In this document: one piece after another, positions 48,198-59,073 of the stretch
Numbering within the stretch: position 1 is the first letter of the stretch
How the letters are laid out: each line of letters begins with the position of its first letter
Assembly (NCBI GenBank): GCA_964591275.1
Contig: CAZQAE010000012.1
Span: 4,860-68,859 of the forward strand
From: an uncultured bacterium
Lineage (GTDB): Bacteria; Lernaellota; Lernaellaia; JACKCT01
Length of the DNA stretch: 64,000 bases
Direction of reading: 5' to 3'
Translations under genes and position numbers: made by a program
The notes under the pieces: model-generated
The model's input: only the letters and a program-made list of their open reading frames with translations
Database searches by the model: none
Told to the model about the DNA's origin: nothing

Positions 48198-48581
48198 CTA
48201 AATGGAAGCCAGGCGAGCCATCTCGGGGTTTTCGTCTTTGATCCTGTTTTTGTCATCGACGAAAATGAGCTTCGGCTCGTGCTTTTTCGCTTCGGCGTCT
48301 TCCATCTCGAACCAGGACCCGATGATGATCATGTCGCCGACGGAAACCAGGCGGGCAGCCGCGCCGTTCACGCAGATACAGCCCGAACCCCTTTTCTCAG
48401 GAAGGGCGTAGGTTTCAAATCGTTGGCCGTTTGTAATGTCCCACACAGCCACTTTTTCAAAGGTCAGGATATCCGCCGCCTCCAAAAGGGTTCTGTCTAT
48501 GGCGATGGAGCCTTCGTAATTGAGATCGGCTCGCGTGACGGTGGCGCGGTGAATCTTGCTGTTTAGCATCGTGCGCTTCAT
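48198..48581 (-). CDS. panD: aspartate 1-decarboxylase PanD
   Basis: [29 protein letters not shown] ... the pyruvoyl-forming G-S site; start either at this ATG or 15 nt upstream. Confidence 0.85.
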   Translation of the reverse strand: MKRTMLNSKIHRATVTRADLNYEGSIAIDRTLLEAADILTFEKVAVWDITNGQRFETYALPEKRGSGCICVNGAAARLVSVGDMIIIGSWFEMEDAEAKKHEPKLIFVDDKNRIKDENPEMARLASI

Positions 48582-48643
48582 TTTATTAACCTCCATATCG
48601 GCTCAGCACCGGCGCGGGGCCGGTTGCCTGCACCCACGGAATA

Positions 48644-49507
48644 TTAGCGGGGTTTTTTGTGCCCCAAAAGAACAGTGTTGTCAATAAGCCGCGCAACACT
48701 AAATTTCATTGCCATGGCCAAAAGCGAAGGTCCGGCAATATTTTTCTCGATGAGCTTCAAATCGGGGATCGACCTGATCTCAACGTAATCGAGTTTTGCC
48801 AGTGAAGCCTTTTGCAACTCTTTTTTCACTCCATCGAGGATCACGCCCACGCTTCTTATATCTCTTTCGACCATTTCACGGGCATCCTTGAGCGATTTCG
48901 ACAAGTGGACGGCTTGCCGTCTCTCCTCCGTGGTAAGATAAACATTGCGGCTGCTCATGGCCAGGCCATCAGGCTCGCGAAAAGTTTCCTCCGGCACAAC
49001 CTCAAGGTCCATGTTCATGTCCTGAACCATGCGGTCCACCACAAGGTATTGCTGATAGTCCTTGGCCCCGAAGACGGCATAATGCGGTTTGACGATGTTG
49101 AAAAGCTTCGCGCACACCGTCGCCACGCCCTTGAAGTGGATCGGGCGGTCGATCCCGCACATCACCTTTTGAAGGTGCGTGACTTGCACCTCTGTCTGAA
49201 AACCGTCCGGGTACATGGATTTTGCGTCGGGATAATAAATAATATCCGTTCCCCGCTCCTTTGCCAGGCGCTCATCACGCTCGAAATCACGGGGGTAGCA
49301 CTCCAGGTCCTCGCCGGCGGCAAACTGCGTGGGATTGACGAAAATCGACAGGACGATCACATCCGACAATTTCCGCGCTCTGTCGAGAAGCGCCATGTGT
49401 CCCGCATGCAAATATCCCATCGTGGGAACGAATCCGATGCTTTTTCCCGCGGCTCGGATTCGATCCGCTTCGCGCTTCATTTCCTGGGGAGTTTTTATAA
49501 TTTTCAT
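48644..49507 (-). CDS. panC: pantoate--beta-alanine ligase PanC
   Basis: VPTMGYLHAGHMALL HIGH-type motif and a PanC body. Confidence 0.9.
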   Translation of the reverse strand: MKIIKTPQEMKREADRIRAAGKSIGFVPTMGYLHAGHMALLDRARKLSDVIVLSIFVNPTQFAAGEDLECYPRDFERDERLAKERGTDIIYYPDAKSMYPDGFQTEVQVTHLQKVMCGIDRPIHFKGVATVCAKLFNIVKPHYAVFGAKDYQQYLVVDRMVQDMNMDLEVVPEETFREPDGLAMSSRNVYLTTEERRQAVHLSKSLKDAREMVERDIRSVGVILDGVKKELQKASLAKLDYVEIRSIPDLKLIEKNIAGPSLLAMAMKFSVARLIDNTVLLGHKKPR

Positions 49508-49666
49508 GTGAGTCCTCACCTCGAAAAAGAGCTAATTTTTGTCATTTCGACCGGAACGACAAGGTTTGAACTTCTCTTTTAGGTTTCAAATGACAACCAA
49601 ATTCAAAGGCGAAAAATTCTTTGAAATGTTTCCGCTCATTTTGAATCAAACTTATTTCCTAATGGG

Positions 49667-50311
49667 CTAGCTGTTTGAGCCAAGGGGAATGAAATGCTTG
49701 GTGCCGCGCTCGTGCGTTTCGATTTCGTGCAGCAGCGCGTCGAAGTCTTCGGCGCTGTTGACGAAGTCAAAATCCGATGTGTTCACCACGAGCAGGGGCG
49801 TTTCATCATAGGCGAAGAAAAACTTGCTGTAGGCATTGGTCAAGGCCGCGAGATATTCCGGCGACAGGCGTTTTTCGTAAGGGATATTGCGCGTGCGGAT
49901 GCGTTTCAAAAGAACCTTGGGATGGGCCACGAGGAATACAACCAAGTCCGGCTTGGCGATTTCAGGTTCGAGGATGCGAAAAACGCGTTGGTACAACGCC
50001 AGTTCGTGCTCTGTCAGGTTGAGGGCCGCGAATATTTTATCTTTGGCAAACAGATAATCGCTGATGGTATAGCGCTTGAACAGATCCTGCTGCAGCAGAT
50101 CTTTTTGCTGCTGGTATCGGGAAAGCAAAAAGAAAAGCTGCGTCTGAAAGGCGTATTTTCGCGAGTCCTTGTAAAAACCTTCGAGAAATGGATTTTCAGC
50201 GGCCTGCTCCAGGACAAGACGCGCGCCGAGTCTTTCGCCGAGCATCTTGGAAAGGCTCGTTTTCCCGACGCCGATGGGACCTTCCGCAACGATGTATCTC
50301 GGTTTTGCCAT
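49667..50311 (-). CDS. deoxynucleoside kinase (dAK/dGK/dCK family)
   Basis: P-loop IVAEGPIGVGKTSLSKML; ERS/DRY-type region; 214 aa. Confidence 0.75.
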   Translation of the reverse strand: MAKPRYIVAEGPIGVGKTSLSKMLGERLGARLVLEQAAENPFLEGFYKDSRKYAFQTQLFFLLSRYQQQKDLLQQDLFKRYTISDYLFAKDKIFAALNLTEHELALYQRVFRILEPEIAKPDLVVFLVAHPKVLLKRIRTRNIPYEKRLSPEYLAALTNAYSKFFFAYDETPLLVVNTSDFDFVNSAEDFDALLHEIETHERGTKHFIPLGSNS

Positions 50312-50539
50312 TCGCTTTTTCGACCTTGCGGGATTGTCGTATTCGTCCTGTTTTTCATCAATAACATGATCATGCTAGCCAATCTTGAAAGGTCGGGCAA
50401 GGTGGCGTGATGTTGAAAACGCTATTTAGGAAAAAAAAGCCGCGAGCGTCATTTTGGCCGACTTGCTTTCCACGTCGCGACAGTTAAGCTGATTTCGGTA
50501 CTGAATATGCGCCGCAAAACAAAGGATGCTGGGCAGCCA

Positions 50540-51325
50540 ATGAAACGACTATTATTTTTTGCGTTGTTCATTTTGACATTTAACGCGGCGCAGGCATTCG
50601 CTGAGGCCGCATCCCGGGAAATTCTGGTTCCGGAAAGTCCGGTCATTGAGATTGTTGTCGCCGGGGACGTTGTGGTTTCACCGGGGGACAGCGGAAAAAT
50701 CACGATTTCCGGATCGCTCACGAGCCGCGCGAATAACAAAACGGCAACCAAAGACCCTATCAAGCTCAAAGCGACAGAGGCGGGAGCGAAAATCGAGACG
50801 GATCATTTTTCGCAAAAGAAATTCGTCGCTAACACGCGGATTCTCATTCCGGCGGACGCCGCATTGCTCATCAAGATCGCCGGCGGAACTCTGAAGCTGG
50901 AAAAGATTGAGGGCGACCTAAAAATTCGGCAGAGGGGCGGAACGGTCACAATCAACAGGCATCGAGGCGATATCAAAGTCGAAATGTCGAAAGGCAAACT
51001 GGATATTTCCGAATATCTGGGCGAGGGCCGCAGCGTGGTTGTCGAGGGGAAAAAGGGAGATGTGTCGGCGTCCATCGGAGCGGTGGAGGTTGGTCCGGGC
51101 CGCATCGAAATGAAAAAGGGCAATATCCGCTTTCAAATAGATCACGGCACGAAAGTCGCTGTTCACGCGCGCATCACCAAGCGGGGCGTGGTCAAATCCG
51201 ACGAAGCCGTTACACGCACCGATCCGGCAACCGCCTACTTCACCGCCAACGACGGAAGCAGTTTATGGGAACTTAGCTGTAGAGAAGGCACGATCAATTT
51301 AGTCGTTCCAAGCCATAAAAAATAG
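50540..51325 (+). CDS. secreted beta-helix repeat protein (DUF4097/putative adhesin-like)
   Basis: Signal peptide; repeated G-x-V/I-x-V short beta-strand repeats (GDIKVEMSKGKLDISE, GDVSASIGAVEVG). Confidence 0.35.
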   Translation: MKRLLFFALFILTFNAAQAFAEAASREILVPESPVIEIVVAGDVVVSPGDSGKITISGSLTSRANNKTATKDPIKLKATEAGAKIETDHFSQKKFVANTRILIPADAALLIKIAGGTLKLEKIEGDLKIRQRGGTVTINRHRGDIKVEMSKGKLDISEYLGEGRSVVVEGKKGDVSASIGAVEVGPGRIEMKKGNIRFQIDHGTKVAVHARITKRGVVKSDEAVTRTDPATAYFTANDGSSLWELSCREGTINLVVPSHKK

Positions 51326-51377
51326 ACCCTTCACACTACGCGTTAATTTCTGCTATTATCCGGTGCCCGATAGCCAC

Positions 51378-51450
51378 AGGCGGGTAGCTCAGTTGGTAGA
51401 GCAACGGCCTTACACGCCGTGGGTCGCAGGTTCGAGCCCTGTTCCGCCTA
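51378..51450 (+). tRNA. tRNA-Val (anticodon TAC)
   Basis: Cloverleaf read by hand: acceptor AGGCGGG/TCCGCCT, D arm GCTC-AGTTGGTA-GAGC, anticodon arm ACGGC-CTTACAC-GCCGT, T arm GCAGG-TTCGAGC-CCTGT; the 5' A-T first pair is unusual. Confidence 0.75.
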
Positions 51451-51494
51451 TAGTCGTTTCACCTCTCAAGATGAAAGAAACCGCAAATCGGCTC

Positions 51495-52193
51495 ATGCGC
51501 ATCGAAGTTTTCACAAGCGGCATCCTGAAAACCAACAGCTACGTCGTCGGCGCCGATACCAGCCGAGAGGTTATCGTTATCGATCCGGCGGGGAAAACGC
51601 GCCCCATCATTGAATACATCAACCGCGAAAAGCTCGAAGTCAGCGCCATCGTCAACACGCATGGCCATTGGGATCACATCAGCGGCAATAGCGCGCTCAA
51701 GGCGGCGACGGGCGCTCCGGTGTGCGTGCATGAGATGGACGGCACGAAGCTGGGCGGCATAAGTCCCTGGGCGCTACTGTTTAGAGGACGTCCGCGCTGG
51801 TCTCCGCCCGCCGATCGCGTGCTCGTGGAAGGAGATGACGTTGCGGCCGGAAATTATCGATTCGAAGTTATCCATACGCCGGGGCATTCGCCGGGGAGCA
51901 TCTGTCTAAAATATAAAAAATTCCTTTTCACCGGCGATACTCTTTTTGCCGGGGGCGTCGGTAGAACCAAAAACGGTCGCGAGGGGTGGAAAGTGATTTC
52001 CGAAAGCATTCAGAAAAAACTGTTCATCCTGTCCGACGACATTGCCTGTTATCCCGGTCACGGCCCCAGGACGACCATCGAAAGAGAGCGCAAAGGCAAT
52101 ATCTTTGTTCGCTTCAGTCAGGAACAGATTGAACAGTGGCTCTTGCAGGCGCCCAGGAGACCAAAGCGCGAAGTTGAAAAGGAAGGCGAATGA
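51495..52193 (+). CDS. MBL-fold metallo-hydrolase (glyoxalase II-like)
   Basis: HGHWDHISG (HxHxDH), HTPGHSPGS and GDTLFAGGVGRT motifs; about 232 aa. Confidence 0.75.
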   Translation: MRIEVFTSGILKTNSYVVGADTSREVIVIDPAGKTRPIIEYINREKLEVSAIVNTHGHWDHISGNSALKAATGAPVCVHEMDGTKLGGISPWALLFRGRPRWSPPADRVLVEGDDVAAGNYRFEVIHTPGHSPGSICLKYKKFLFTGDTLFAGGVGRTKNGREGWKVISESIQKKLFILSDDIACYPGHGPRTTIERERKGNIFVRFSQEQIEQWLLQAPRRPKREVEKEGE

Positions 52194-52230
52194 AAATCTA
52201 CAATTTTACGTTCGCAATCGGAGCCGGAGT

Positions 52231-54066
52231 TTGATCGACAAAAAGCCGAATAACAAGCCGCAGGTGGTGCGCCCCCGCTCCTTTACCACGCTTGTGCTGA
52301 TGGTATGCGCTGCGCTGGCTGTCATTTACTACGTCTCACAACGCACCGGAGATCCCAACGCCAGGATGCTTCGCGACGTTTTTGGTCTTATTGACGAGTT
52401 TTATCTTGTCGCAACGGATCGTGAAGCCTTGATGACCGATGCATTTACGGGCATGGCGAAAACCCTCATTCCGAAGCCGGAGACAAAAACCCCATCCGCC
52501 GATGACGACACTATGGATGACGATGATTCAGCCGGAGCAGGCGATGATGATTCGGCCACTGCGGATGGCGACGCAAAGGCCGGGGATTCGGTCAGCAACG
52601 GCGGTGAGAAAGCGCTGTCCGACGAGCCGGAAAAGCAATACGACGAAGTTTCTCTATTGAACATGATGAAGGAAATGAAAAGCCAGCAGGAATCGCTGGA
52701 AAACGCGGCTGATCTGCCGCCGAGTCCTCTGACCGTCGTTGCGAAAGACGGAGAAATTACGCTGACGATAAATGACCAATCCATGACCATTGCCGTGGTC
52801 GACGACCGAAACCAAGCCGTCGATGCCTACATGCGCGGTTATCGTTTCGTCATGCGAAACATAGAGGGCGACGCAGGCGACAAACTCTTTTATAAATCGC
52901 TGGAATACATGACCAGGAAGCTGGACCCGCACTCGGGATTTCTGCCGCCCGTGCAGTATGACAACATCCAGGCGGAAACGCAGGGACATTTCGGCGGCGT
53001 GGGCATTGAGGTCGGCATTCGCGGCGACATGCTGACGGTCGTCGCGCCCATTGAAGGAACGCCGGCGTTTAGGGCGAAGCTTGCGCCCATGGATCGCATC
53101 GTGGCCGTGGAAGGCAAAACGACAATCGGTATGTCCCTGTACGAAGCGGTCAACTTGATTCGCGGCGAAATCGGCACCCCGGTGGTCCTGACGATCCGCA
53201 GGGTCGGCATCGACGATTTCGATGTGAAACTCATTCGTAGCGACATACCGGTCAATACGATAAAAGCGATTTGGCAAGATGGAAACGTTGCATGGGTGCG
53301 AATATTTTCATTCAATCAATCGACAGCCGATGATCTTAAAAGCTCCCTGAAATCCTTCGAGTCGGAGCACGGCGACATCCGGGGTCTGATTCTGGATCTG
53401 CGATTCAATCCGGGAGGTCTTCTCGATCAGGCCGTCGCGGTGTCGGACATGTTCCTGGAATCGGGCATGATTGTAAATACGCTCGGGCGCGGTCGCCTCC
53501 GGGAAAGCGAAAGTTTCGCCGCATCACCGGGGACGCGTGGCGGCGTTCCCATTATCGTGCTGGTCAATAACGGGTCCGCCAGCGCCTCGGAGATCGTTGC
53601 CGGTGCTCTGCAGGATCATGAGAGGGCACTGGTTGTTGGAACGCGGACCTTCGGCAAGGGAAGCGTGCAAAGCATCTTCCGACTGCCCGACAACGCCGGT
53701 CTGCGCCTGACGACGGCTCTTTACTATACTCCCAGCGGTCGCTCTATTCAGGCCTCGGGTATTACTCCCGACGTTCACATTCGTTTTCCCGAACTTGAAG
53801 AGCAACTCGCCGCCCTGCACTCGGAGTCAGCATTCAAAGGACAGATCAAAAGCAATATGACCGTCCAGGAAGTTCCTGATGTGGAAATTGACGGGAAAGT
53901 TCTTCACGAATTTTATCAGAAGACAGGAAAAATTGTGGAAGATGAATTTCAGCCGGAAAAAAACGACTGGCTATTGGTCTTCGCCGTGGAAATCCTTCAG
54001 GGAAAGGATATTTCCGTTCCGGGAATGACAGCGCACGCCGACAGCATCCTAAAGACTCTGAAATAG
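52231..54066 (+). CDS. carboxy-terminal processing (S41, Prc/CtpA-type) peptidase with PDZ domain and acidic insert
   Basis: PDZ (GIEVGIRGDMLTVVAPIEGTPAFRAKLAPMDRIV); S41 core (LILDLRFNPGG, the catalytic Ser GSASASEIVAGALQD, K in TFGKGSVQ); Asp-rich insert DDDTMDDDDSAGAGDDDSATADGD; probable TTG start at 52231 after GGAG. Confidence 0.75.
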   Translation: MIDKKPNNKPQVVRPRSFTTLVLMVCAALAVIYYVSQRTGDPNARMLRDVFGLIDEFYLVATDREALMTDAFTGMAKTLIPKPETKTPSADDDTMDDDDSAGAGDDDSATADGDAKAGDSVSNGGEKALSDEPEKQYDEVSLLNMMKEMKSQQESLENAADLPPSPLTVVAKDGEITLTINDQSMTIAVVDDRNQAVDAYMRGYRFVMRNIEGDAGDKLFYKSLEYMTRKLDPHSGFLPPVQYDNIQAETQGHFGGVGIEVGIRGDMLTVVAPIEGTPAFRAKLAPMDRIVAVEGKTTIGMSLYEAVNLIRGEIGTPVVLTIRRVGIDDFDVKLIRSDIPVNTIKAIWQDGNVAWVRIFSFNQSTADDLKSSLKSFESEHGDIRGLILDLRFNPGGLLDQAVAVSDMFLESGMIVNTLGRGRLRESESFAASPGTRGGVPIIVLVNNGSASASEIVAGALQDHERALVVGTRTFGKGSVQSIFRLPDNAGLRLTTALYYTPSGRSIQASGITPDVHIRFPELEEQLAALHSESAFKGQIKSNMTVQEVPDVEIDGKVLHEFYQKTGKIVEDEFQPEKNDWLLVFAVEILQGKDISVPGMTAHADSILKTLK

Positions 54067-54364
54067 ATTAAATTAGGGTGGCTGATAAAAATTGAATAAG
54101 GCACCGCGAAAATTGGCGACCGTACGAATTTAAAGATTTGATTTTTTACTCAAAATTGCCTGCTCATTGTCGTATCTTCAGCAAAAGCATCAGATGGGAC
54201 TGGACATTCGCGGCAACGAAACCGAGCCGCGAACGGAAAATCGCCGTTAGGCGATGAGTGAGCGGGTGGTTGTTTTTTCCCCCTTACCAAAGCTCATGGC
54301 GTGTGCCATAATCCGCACTGGATGATAAGGATCACCCTCGTGCGACGGTGAATTAAATAATTAT

Positions 54365-55663
54365 ATGGAGCGTCAAATGGAAAAAGAAAAATCTCTTCGC
54401 TATCACTCTGAAGGACGACCGGGCAAAATCGAAGTCATTCCGACCAAGCCATGCGTCACGCAGGAAGACCTCTCGCTAGCCTACACGCCGGGCGTTGCGA
54501 TCCCCTGCCTGGAAATAGAAAAAAATCCCCAGGATGCCTATAAGTACACGAACCGCGGAAATCTGGTTGCTGTTATTACAGACGGCACGGCGGTTCTGGG
54601 ACTGGGCAACATTGGCGCGTTGGCCTCAAAGCCGGTCATGGAAGGCAAGGGCGTTCTGTTCAAGCGCTTCGCCGATGTGGATGTTTTCGACATCGAGATG
54701 AACTCGGGTGATTCGGACAAGTTCATTGAGGCCGTGAAGTTGATGGAGCCGACATTCGGCGGCATCAACCTGGAGGACATCAAGGCCCCGCAGTGTTTTT
54801 ACATTGAGGAACGTCTCAAAAAAGAAATGGGCATCGCTGTCTTTCACGATGACCAACATGGAACGGCGATCATCACCGGAGCGGCGCTGATGAACGCGAT
54901 GGAAGTTACAGGGAAAAAGATTGGCGATATCAAAATGGTCGTCAACGGTGCCGGCGCCGCCGGCATCGCCTGCGTGAAACTCTATTGCCGACTCGGCATC
55001 AACAAAGACAACATCATCATGTGCGACTCCAAGGGCGTGATCTACAAAGGACGCGCCGAAGGCATGAACCCCTACAAAGAGGAGTTCGCCGTCGACACGA
55101 AGGCGCGGACCCTTGCCGAGGCCATGAACGGCGCCGATTTGTTTCTCGGGCTTTCCGTCGCCGGAGCCTTGAAACCGGAGATGCTCAAAAGTATGGCCGA
55201 TCGTCCCATCGTTTTTTCTCTGGCCAATCCAATGCCGGAAATCATGCCCGAGGAGGCAAAGGCTGCGCGCCCCGACGTGTTGATAGCCACCGGTCGAAGC
55301 GATTATCCGAACCAGGTCAACAACGTGCTCGGTTTCCCCTTCATCTTCCGTGGAGCTTTGGATGTCAGAGCCAGCGACATCAACGAGGAAATGAAAATGG
55401 CGGCCTCCGAGCAGATTGCGAAGCTGGCGCGCGAAAAAGAGATTCCCGATTCCGTGAAACGCGCCTATCAAAACCGCGATTTCACTTTCGGTCCCCAATA
55501 TCTCATCCCGACGCCCTTTGATCCCCGAGTGGTTCTCTGGGTCGCTCCGGCGGTGGCGCAGGCCGCCGTGGATACCGGCGTGGCCCGCGTGGATTCCTTT
55601 GACAAGGAAAAATATCTGGATGAACTCAAAGCCCGGATGGAACGCGTTACGCTAAAATCCTGA
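54365..55663 (+). CDS. NAD(P)-dependent malic enzyme (short form, no PTA domain)
   Basis: [30 protein letters not shown] and a Rossmann GAGAAGIA; 432 aa. Confidence 0.85.
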   Translation: MERQMEKEKSLRYHSEGRPGKIEVIPTKPCVTQEDLSLAYTPGVAIPCLEIEKNPQDAYKYTNRGNLVAVITDGTAVLGLGNIGALASKPVMEGKGVLFKRFADVDVFDIEMNSGDSDKFIEAVKLMEPTFGGINLEDIKAPQCFYIEERLKKEMGIAVFHDDQHGTAIITGAALMNAMEVTGKKIGDIKMVVNGAGAAGIACVKLYCRLGINKDNIIMCDSKGVIYKGRAEGMNPYKEEFAVDTKARTLAEAMNGADLFLGLSVAGALKPEMLKSMADRPIVFSLANPMPEIMPEEAKAARPDVLIATGRSDYPNQVNNVLGFPFIFRGALDVRASDINEEMKMAASEQIAKLAREKEIPDSVKRAYQNRDFTFGPQYLIPTPFDPRVVLWVAPAVAQAAVDTGVARVDSFDKEKYLDELKARMERVTLKS

Positions 55664-56075
55664 GCTTCGAAACATCGCAGTGGGTCATTCAAGGAACCGC
55701 TAATGGACTCTAATGAACGCGAGTTGCTCTAAAAGAAGCGGTCCTTGGGGTGGTTGACTGTGCCATGGACGTTTTGAATCATCAATTTCAAGCGAGCCAA
55801 GCTGGAATGGAAACGAATTGTATTGAAAAACAAAAACCGTAAATAAGTTTAACTTTTAAGCGTCTCTTCGCGTTTATTAGCGGTTGAAAGAAATGGGAAA
55901 TGCTTTTCACAAATAGTGCAATTTTTCTCATTGCGCAGCCGCTTGTGAGCAAAATTATGCGGCAAAAAACTTCTGGATTCATTTGTGGCTACCGTTTATA
56001 CTGGCCGGGTGACAATTGGATTTCGGATTGAAACGCGCAAAGTATTTTGCGCCCAAATCACTTGCGGGAGGTTTT

Positions 56076-56873
56076 ATGTTTAGCAGATCCCACACCCTGT
56101 TCATCTTGTTGATTATAGTGAGCGCATTCGTCCTGGGCGGCTGCGATGTCTTCGAAGACGTGCAAGACTCCGTCACGGATTCGATTAACGATTCCGCCAG
56201 GCAAAGGCAAAATTTCGAATTGCGCATGGACCCCTTGCCTGTCGGCGTGCCGGAAGAATTTCTCGCGTATATCCCGGAGGACGTTCGCGCCGAGTACGAA
56301 GCATTACTCGCCGAATACAGGGAAAATGGCGAACCGGCGGATATCGACACGCTGCTGGAGATGTTTGACGATTATATCCAGATGGCCGCCGATGAATTCG
56401 GCCAGGAGTACGTGGATATGATCATCGGAGCGCTGCATGGGAAGTTCTGCCTTCCAATAGCGCAGAGCATCGACGATTATATGGTCGACGAATCCTGGTG
56501 GTCGGATGCCAAGAGCCATCTTGAGGAAGTCGAGATTTCCGAGATGAATTATAAGGTGAAAAGCAACGCTTCCACAGCGCACATTCATTTCAACTTCTAC
56601 CTGACTGACTCCGCGGACTGGGAGCAGATCACCGCCGCCGAAATTTTTGGCGTCACCGACTGGATTTCCGCAGGCGAGAATGTGGATTGGACTCCTCTTA
56701 TTGTGGAGGCCGACGCTTATGCGCGTATGGAAAATCTGATGCTCCATCCCTCCACGGATTTTTCAGTTTGCGTGACGATTCCTGAGATTGAAGAGGGTGC
56801 CGCGGACCTCCTGATGATAAGCCAGGAAGTACAGATTGAGCTCAGCGGAATCGTTACATTTGTGCCTCTTTAG
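56076..56873 (+). CDS. hypothetical lipoprotein
   Basis: MFSRSHTLFILLIIVSAFVLGGC lipobox; GGGAGG RBS; acidic body with no recognisable domain. Confidence 0.4.
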   Translation: MFSRSHTLFILLIIVSAFVLGGCDVFEDVQDSVTDSINDSARQRQNFELRMDPLPVGVPEEFLAYIPEDVRAEYEALLAEYRENGEPADIDTLLEMFDDYIQMAADEFGQEYVDMIIGALHGKFCLPIAQSIDDYMVDESWWSDAKSHLEEVEISEMNYKVKSNASTAHIHFNFYLTDSADWEQITAAEIFGVTDWISAGENVDWTPLIVEADAYARMENLMLHPSTDFSVCVTIPEIEEGAADLLMISQEVQIELSGIVTFVPL

Positions 56874-56924
56874 ATATTGAGCCAATGAAATTCACCGCGC
56901 GTTGCGATGCGCGGTTGCAAAACC

Positions 56925-56961
56925 AAAAAGCCTCGTCGGCAACACCGGCGAGGCTTTTTTT
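56925..56961. terminator. bidirectional rho-independent terminator between convergent genes
   Basis: gcctcgtcgg-caacac-ccggcgaggc stem with an A-run upstream and T7 downstream. Confidence 0.7.
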
Positions 56962-57003
56962 ACGTTTCCCATTGGAGATGTTTTTTTAAGAGGGCGCTAA
57001 AAA

Positions 57004-57642
57004 TCAATCAATTAATTGGCCATCGAAGCGCCAGAATTTCGCGTCGCGCATGCTCAATCCCAGGAGTTGCGTGCCGAAAGGTCCCAGTCGGACCACGCTG
57101 AGAGAGGCGTTGGCGACGTCGAAGAGAAAGAAGTGCTTTGAAAGGTTCATGTCCAAAAGTAGGCATAAGGCGGTGCGAATGACTCCGCCGTGGCAGACGC
57201 ACAGGATGTGCTGACCTTCGTGTTCCGCAATGATCTTATCGAAAACAACCCCGCGCACGCGCTGCGCCATTTCCGCCAGGCTCTCGCCGCCTCCGGGTCG
57301 CGTGTGCAAAGGGTCTTTCCGGAATTTCTTGAACATATCGGGCTGGCTTTTTACCAAATCCCGATAGTCCTTGTCCTCCCAGTCGCCGTAGTCCTGCTCA
57401 CGCAGATCGTCAAGGCGCTTGGCTGTTGGTTTTCGCCCTTCGCAGATGATGTTGCAGGTGTCGTATGCCCGCGACAGCGTGCTCGTGTATGCGGCGTCGA
57501 AATGCACATCCCTTGTTATCTTTGCCAGGCTCCGGGCTTGTTCGATGCCAAGCTCGGTTAAGGGACTTTCCGACTGCCCGCCGATGATGGAATCCCGATT
57601 GTGAATGGATTGCCCATGCCGGACGAAAAATATGTGTGTCAT
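57004..57642 (-). CDS. histidine phosphatase family protein (phosphoglycerate mutase-like)
   Basis: IFFVRHGQSIHN (the RHG motif) and ...VCHGGVIR; 212 aa. Confidence 0.75.
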   Translation of the reverse strand: MTHIFFVRHGQSIHNRDSIIGGQSESPLTELGIEQARSLAKITRDVHFDAAYTSTLSRAYDTCNIICEGRKPTAKRLDDLREQDYGDWEDKDYRDLVKSQPDMFKKFRKDPLHTRPGGGESLAEMAQRVRGVVFDKIIAEHEGQHILCVCHGGVIRTALCLLLDMNLSKHFFLFDVANASLSVVRLGPFGTQLLGLSMRDAKFWRFDGQLID

Positions 57643-57825
57643 TTCCTGAGTTTTCAAAAAACAGTCCTTTCATAAGCGATAAATAAACCTGGCGAAGGCG
57701 CGGCTTCCACGCGCTAGTTCAAAAGCATTTTAATATTTCCCGCAGAGTCGGTCAAATTCTTCACCATGGCATGCAGTCTGCCATGAATTTAACACCCTGA
57801 AGCGGTCCGATCACAAATAATTCTC

Positions 57826-57882
57826 TTGACAATTCCTGCCTTAGAGTTATGATAATTACAAGAGATGTATTTATAGATACAT
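57826..57882 (+). promoter_or_regulatory. consensus sigma70 promoter (TTGACA ... TGATAAT) plus 18 bp near-palindromic operator upstream of the XRE-ImmA gene
   Basis: ttgaca at 57826-31; gttatgataat at 57846-56; palindrome atgtatttatagatacat at 57865-82 lying between the -10 element and the RBS. Confidence 0.5.
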
Positions 57883-57909
57883 GAAGCCGAAAGAATAAAG
57901 GGAACTGCC

Positions 57910-59073
57910 ATGGGTAAGGAAGTCATTGCGCCAAATATCCGAAGGATTCGGTCGTTTAAGGGATTGACTCAGTCTAAAGTTGCCGAGGATGCCAGAATCA
58001 GTATTTCAGCATATCGAAAGATCGAAATCGGAAAGTCAGTCCCAAGAGCGGACACTCTTCAGGCTATTGCAGGCTCCCTGGGTGTAAATATCCAAAAACT
58101 TGTCGCCCCAATTCTAACTCTATCGGAAGTTCGGTTCCGTGCCCTGAAGAAGATGACTGCTCGTGAGCAAATTCTCGTCGATGTGGCGGCATGGCTCCAA
58201 AACTATAAGGAATTGGAGGCTCTGCTAGGTAGTGAAGAACTGTATAAGCTGGCAGGAGTAGTTGCTGATCTCCAACAAAATGGCCAGCTTTCGGATGATT
58301 CCTTTGAAGCGGCTATTCAGGTTGCCGGTAAGGCGAGAGAAGTTCTTAACGTGCACCCGGGCGAGGTTATTAGGGACATCTGCGGTTTGCTTGAGTCGGC
58401 AGGAATCAAAGTGCTTCCATATGATTTCACCAGCGACTCCTTTTTCGGTCTCTCTGTGGGTATTGGAGATGGCGGTCCCGCCATCGTTGTAAACATTAAC
58501 CGGCGTATGCCTGTTGAGCGATGGATATTCAGCGCCTTTCACGAGTTGGGGCACCTGCTTCTACATATGGACGCGTTCGACGTTAATAAAAGGGTGGAGG
58601 ATGACGCACAAGAAAAAGAGGCAAATCTGTTTGCCAGCTATTTCCTAATGCCTGATAACCTTTTTAAAAGCGAGTGGAAAAACGCCTATGGCCTCGGCCT
58701 AGTTCGAAGGGTTCTGAAAGTCAAACGTATTTTTAAGGTTAGCTATGGAACTGTACTACACCGCCTTATTGAGCATGGTGCAGACAAGTCCATCTGGGCG
58801 AAGTACCACTGGCAATTTAAGCAGATAACCGGTCGATCATTGGGAGGGAAAGTTGAGCCGCTTCCCATTGAGCCAAAAGAATTTGCCGAGGTCCGAAGTG
58901 CAGACGAAGCGGCCAACTTGTTGCCGGAAGATTTTATTCCCGATCGGCTGTACCGGCTCGTCCGTATTGCCGTTAATAAAGAAGTGATTTCTCTGAGCCG
59001 CGCTGCCGAGATTCTAAGGCTGGATCTCTCCGAAATGCGCGAGTTATCAAAATCCTGGGTTGATTGTGAATGA
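57910..59073 (+). CDS. XRE-family HTH + ImmA/IrrE (COG2856) zinc-metallopeptidase domain protein with C-terminal extension
   Basis: N-terminal HTH (LTQSKVAEDARISISAYRKIEIGKSVP); HExxH in FSAFHELGHLLLH; the gene is lower in GC than its surroundings. Confidence 0.8.
   Translation: MGKEVIAPNIRRIRSFKGLTQSKVAEDARISISAYRKIEIGKSVPRADTLQAIAGSLGVNIQKLVAPILTLSEVRFRALKKMTAREQILVDVAAWLQNYKELEALLGSEELYKLAGVVADLQQNGQLSDDSFEAAIQVAGKAREVLNVHPGEVIRDICGLLESAGIKVLPYDFTSDSFFGLSVGIGDGGPAIVVNINRRMPVERWIFSAFHELGHLLLHMDAFDVNKRVEDDAQEKEANLFASYFLMPDNLFKSEWKNAYGLGLVRRVLKVKRIFKVSYGTVLHRLIEHGADKSIWAKYHWQFKQITGRSLGGKVEPLPIEPKEFAEVRSADEAANLLPEDFIPDRLYRLVRIAVNKEVISLSRAAEILRLDLSEMRELSKSWVDCE

Noticed and set aside
54181-54280. 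Candidate terminator or riboswitch-like hairpins upstream of the malic enzyme gene
   Set aside because: Two short stems (tcgcggc…gccgcga; atcgcc-gtta-ggcgat) are present, but the T-run lies 17 nt from the stem. It is not a canonical intrinsic terminator, and no known riboswitch consensus was recognised.
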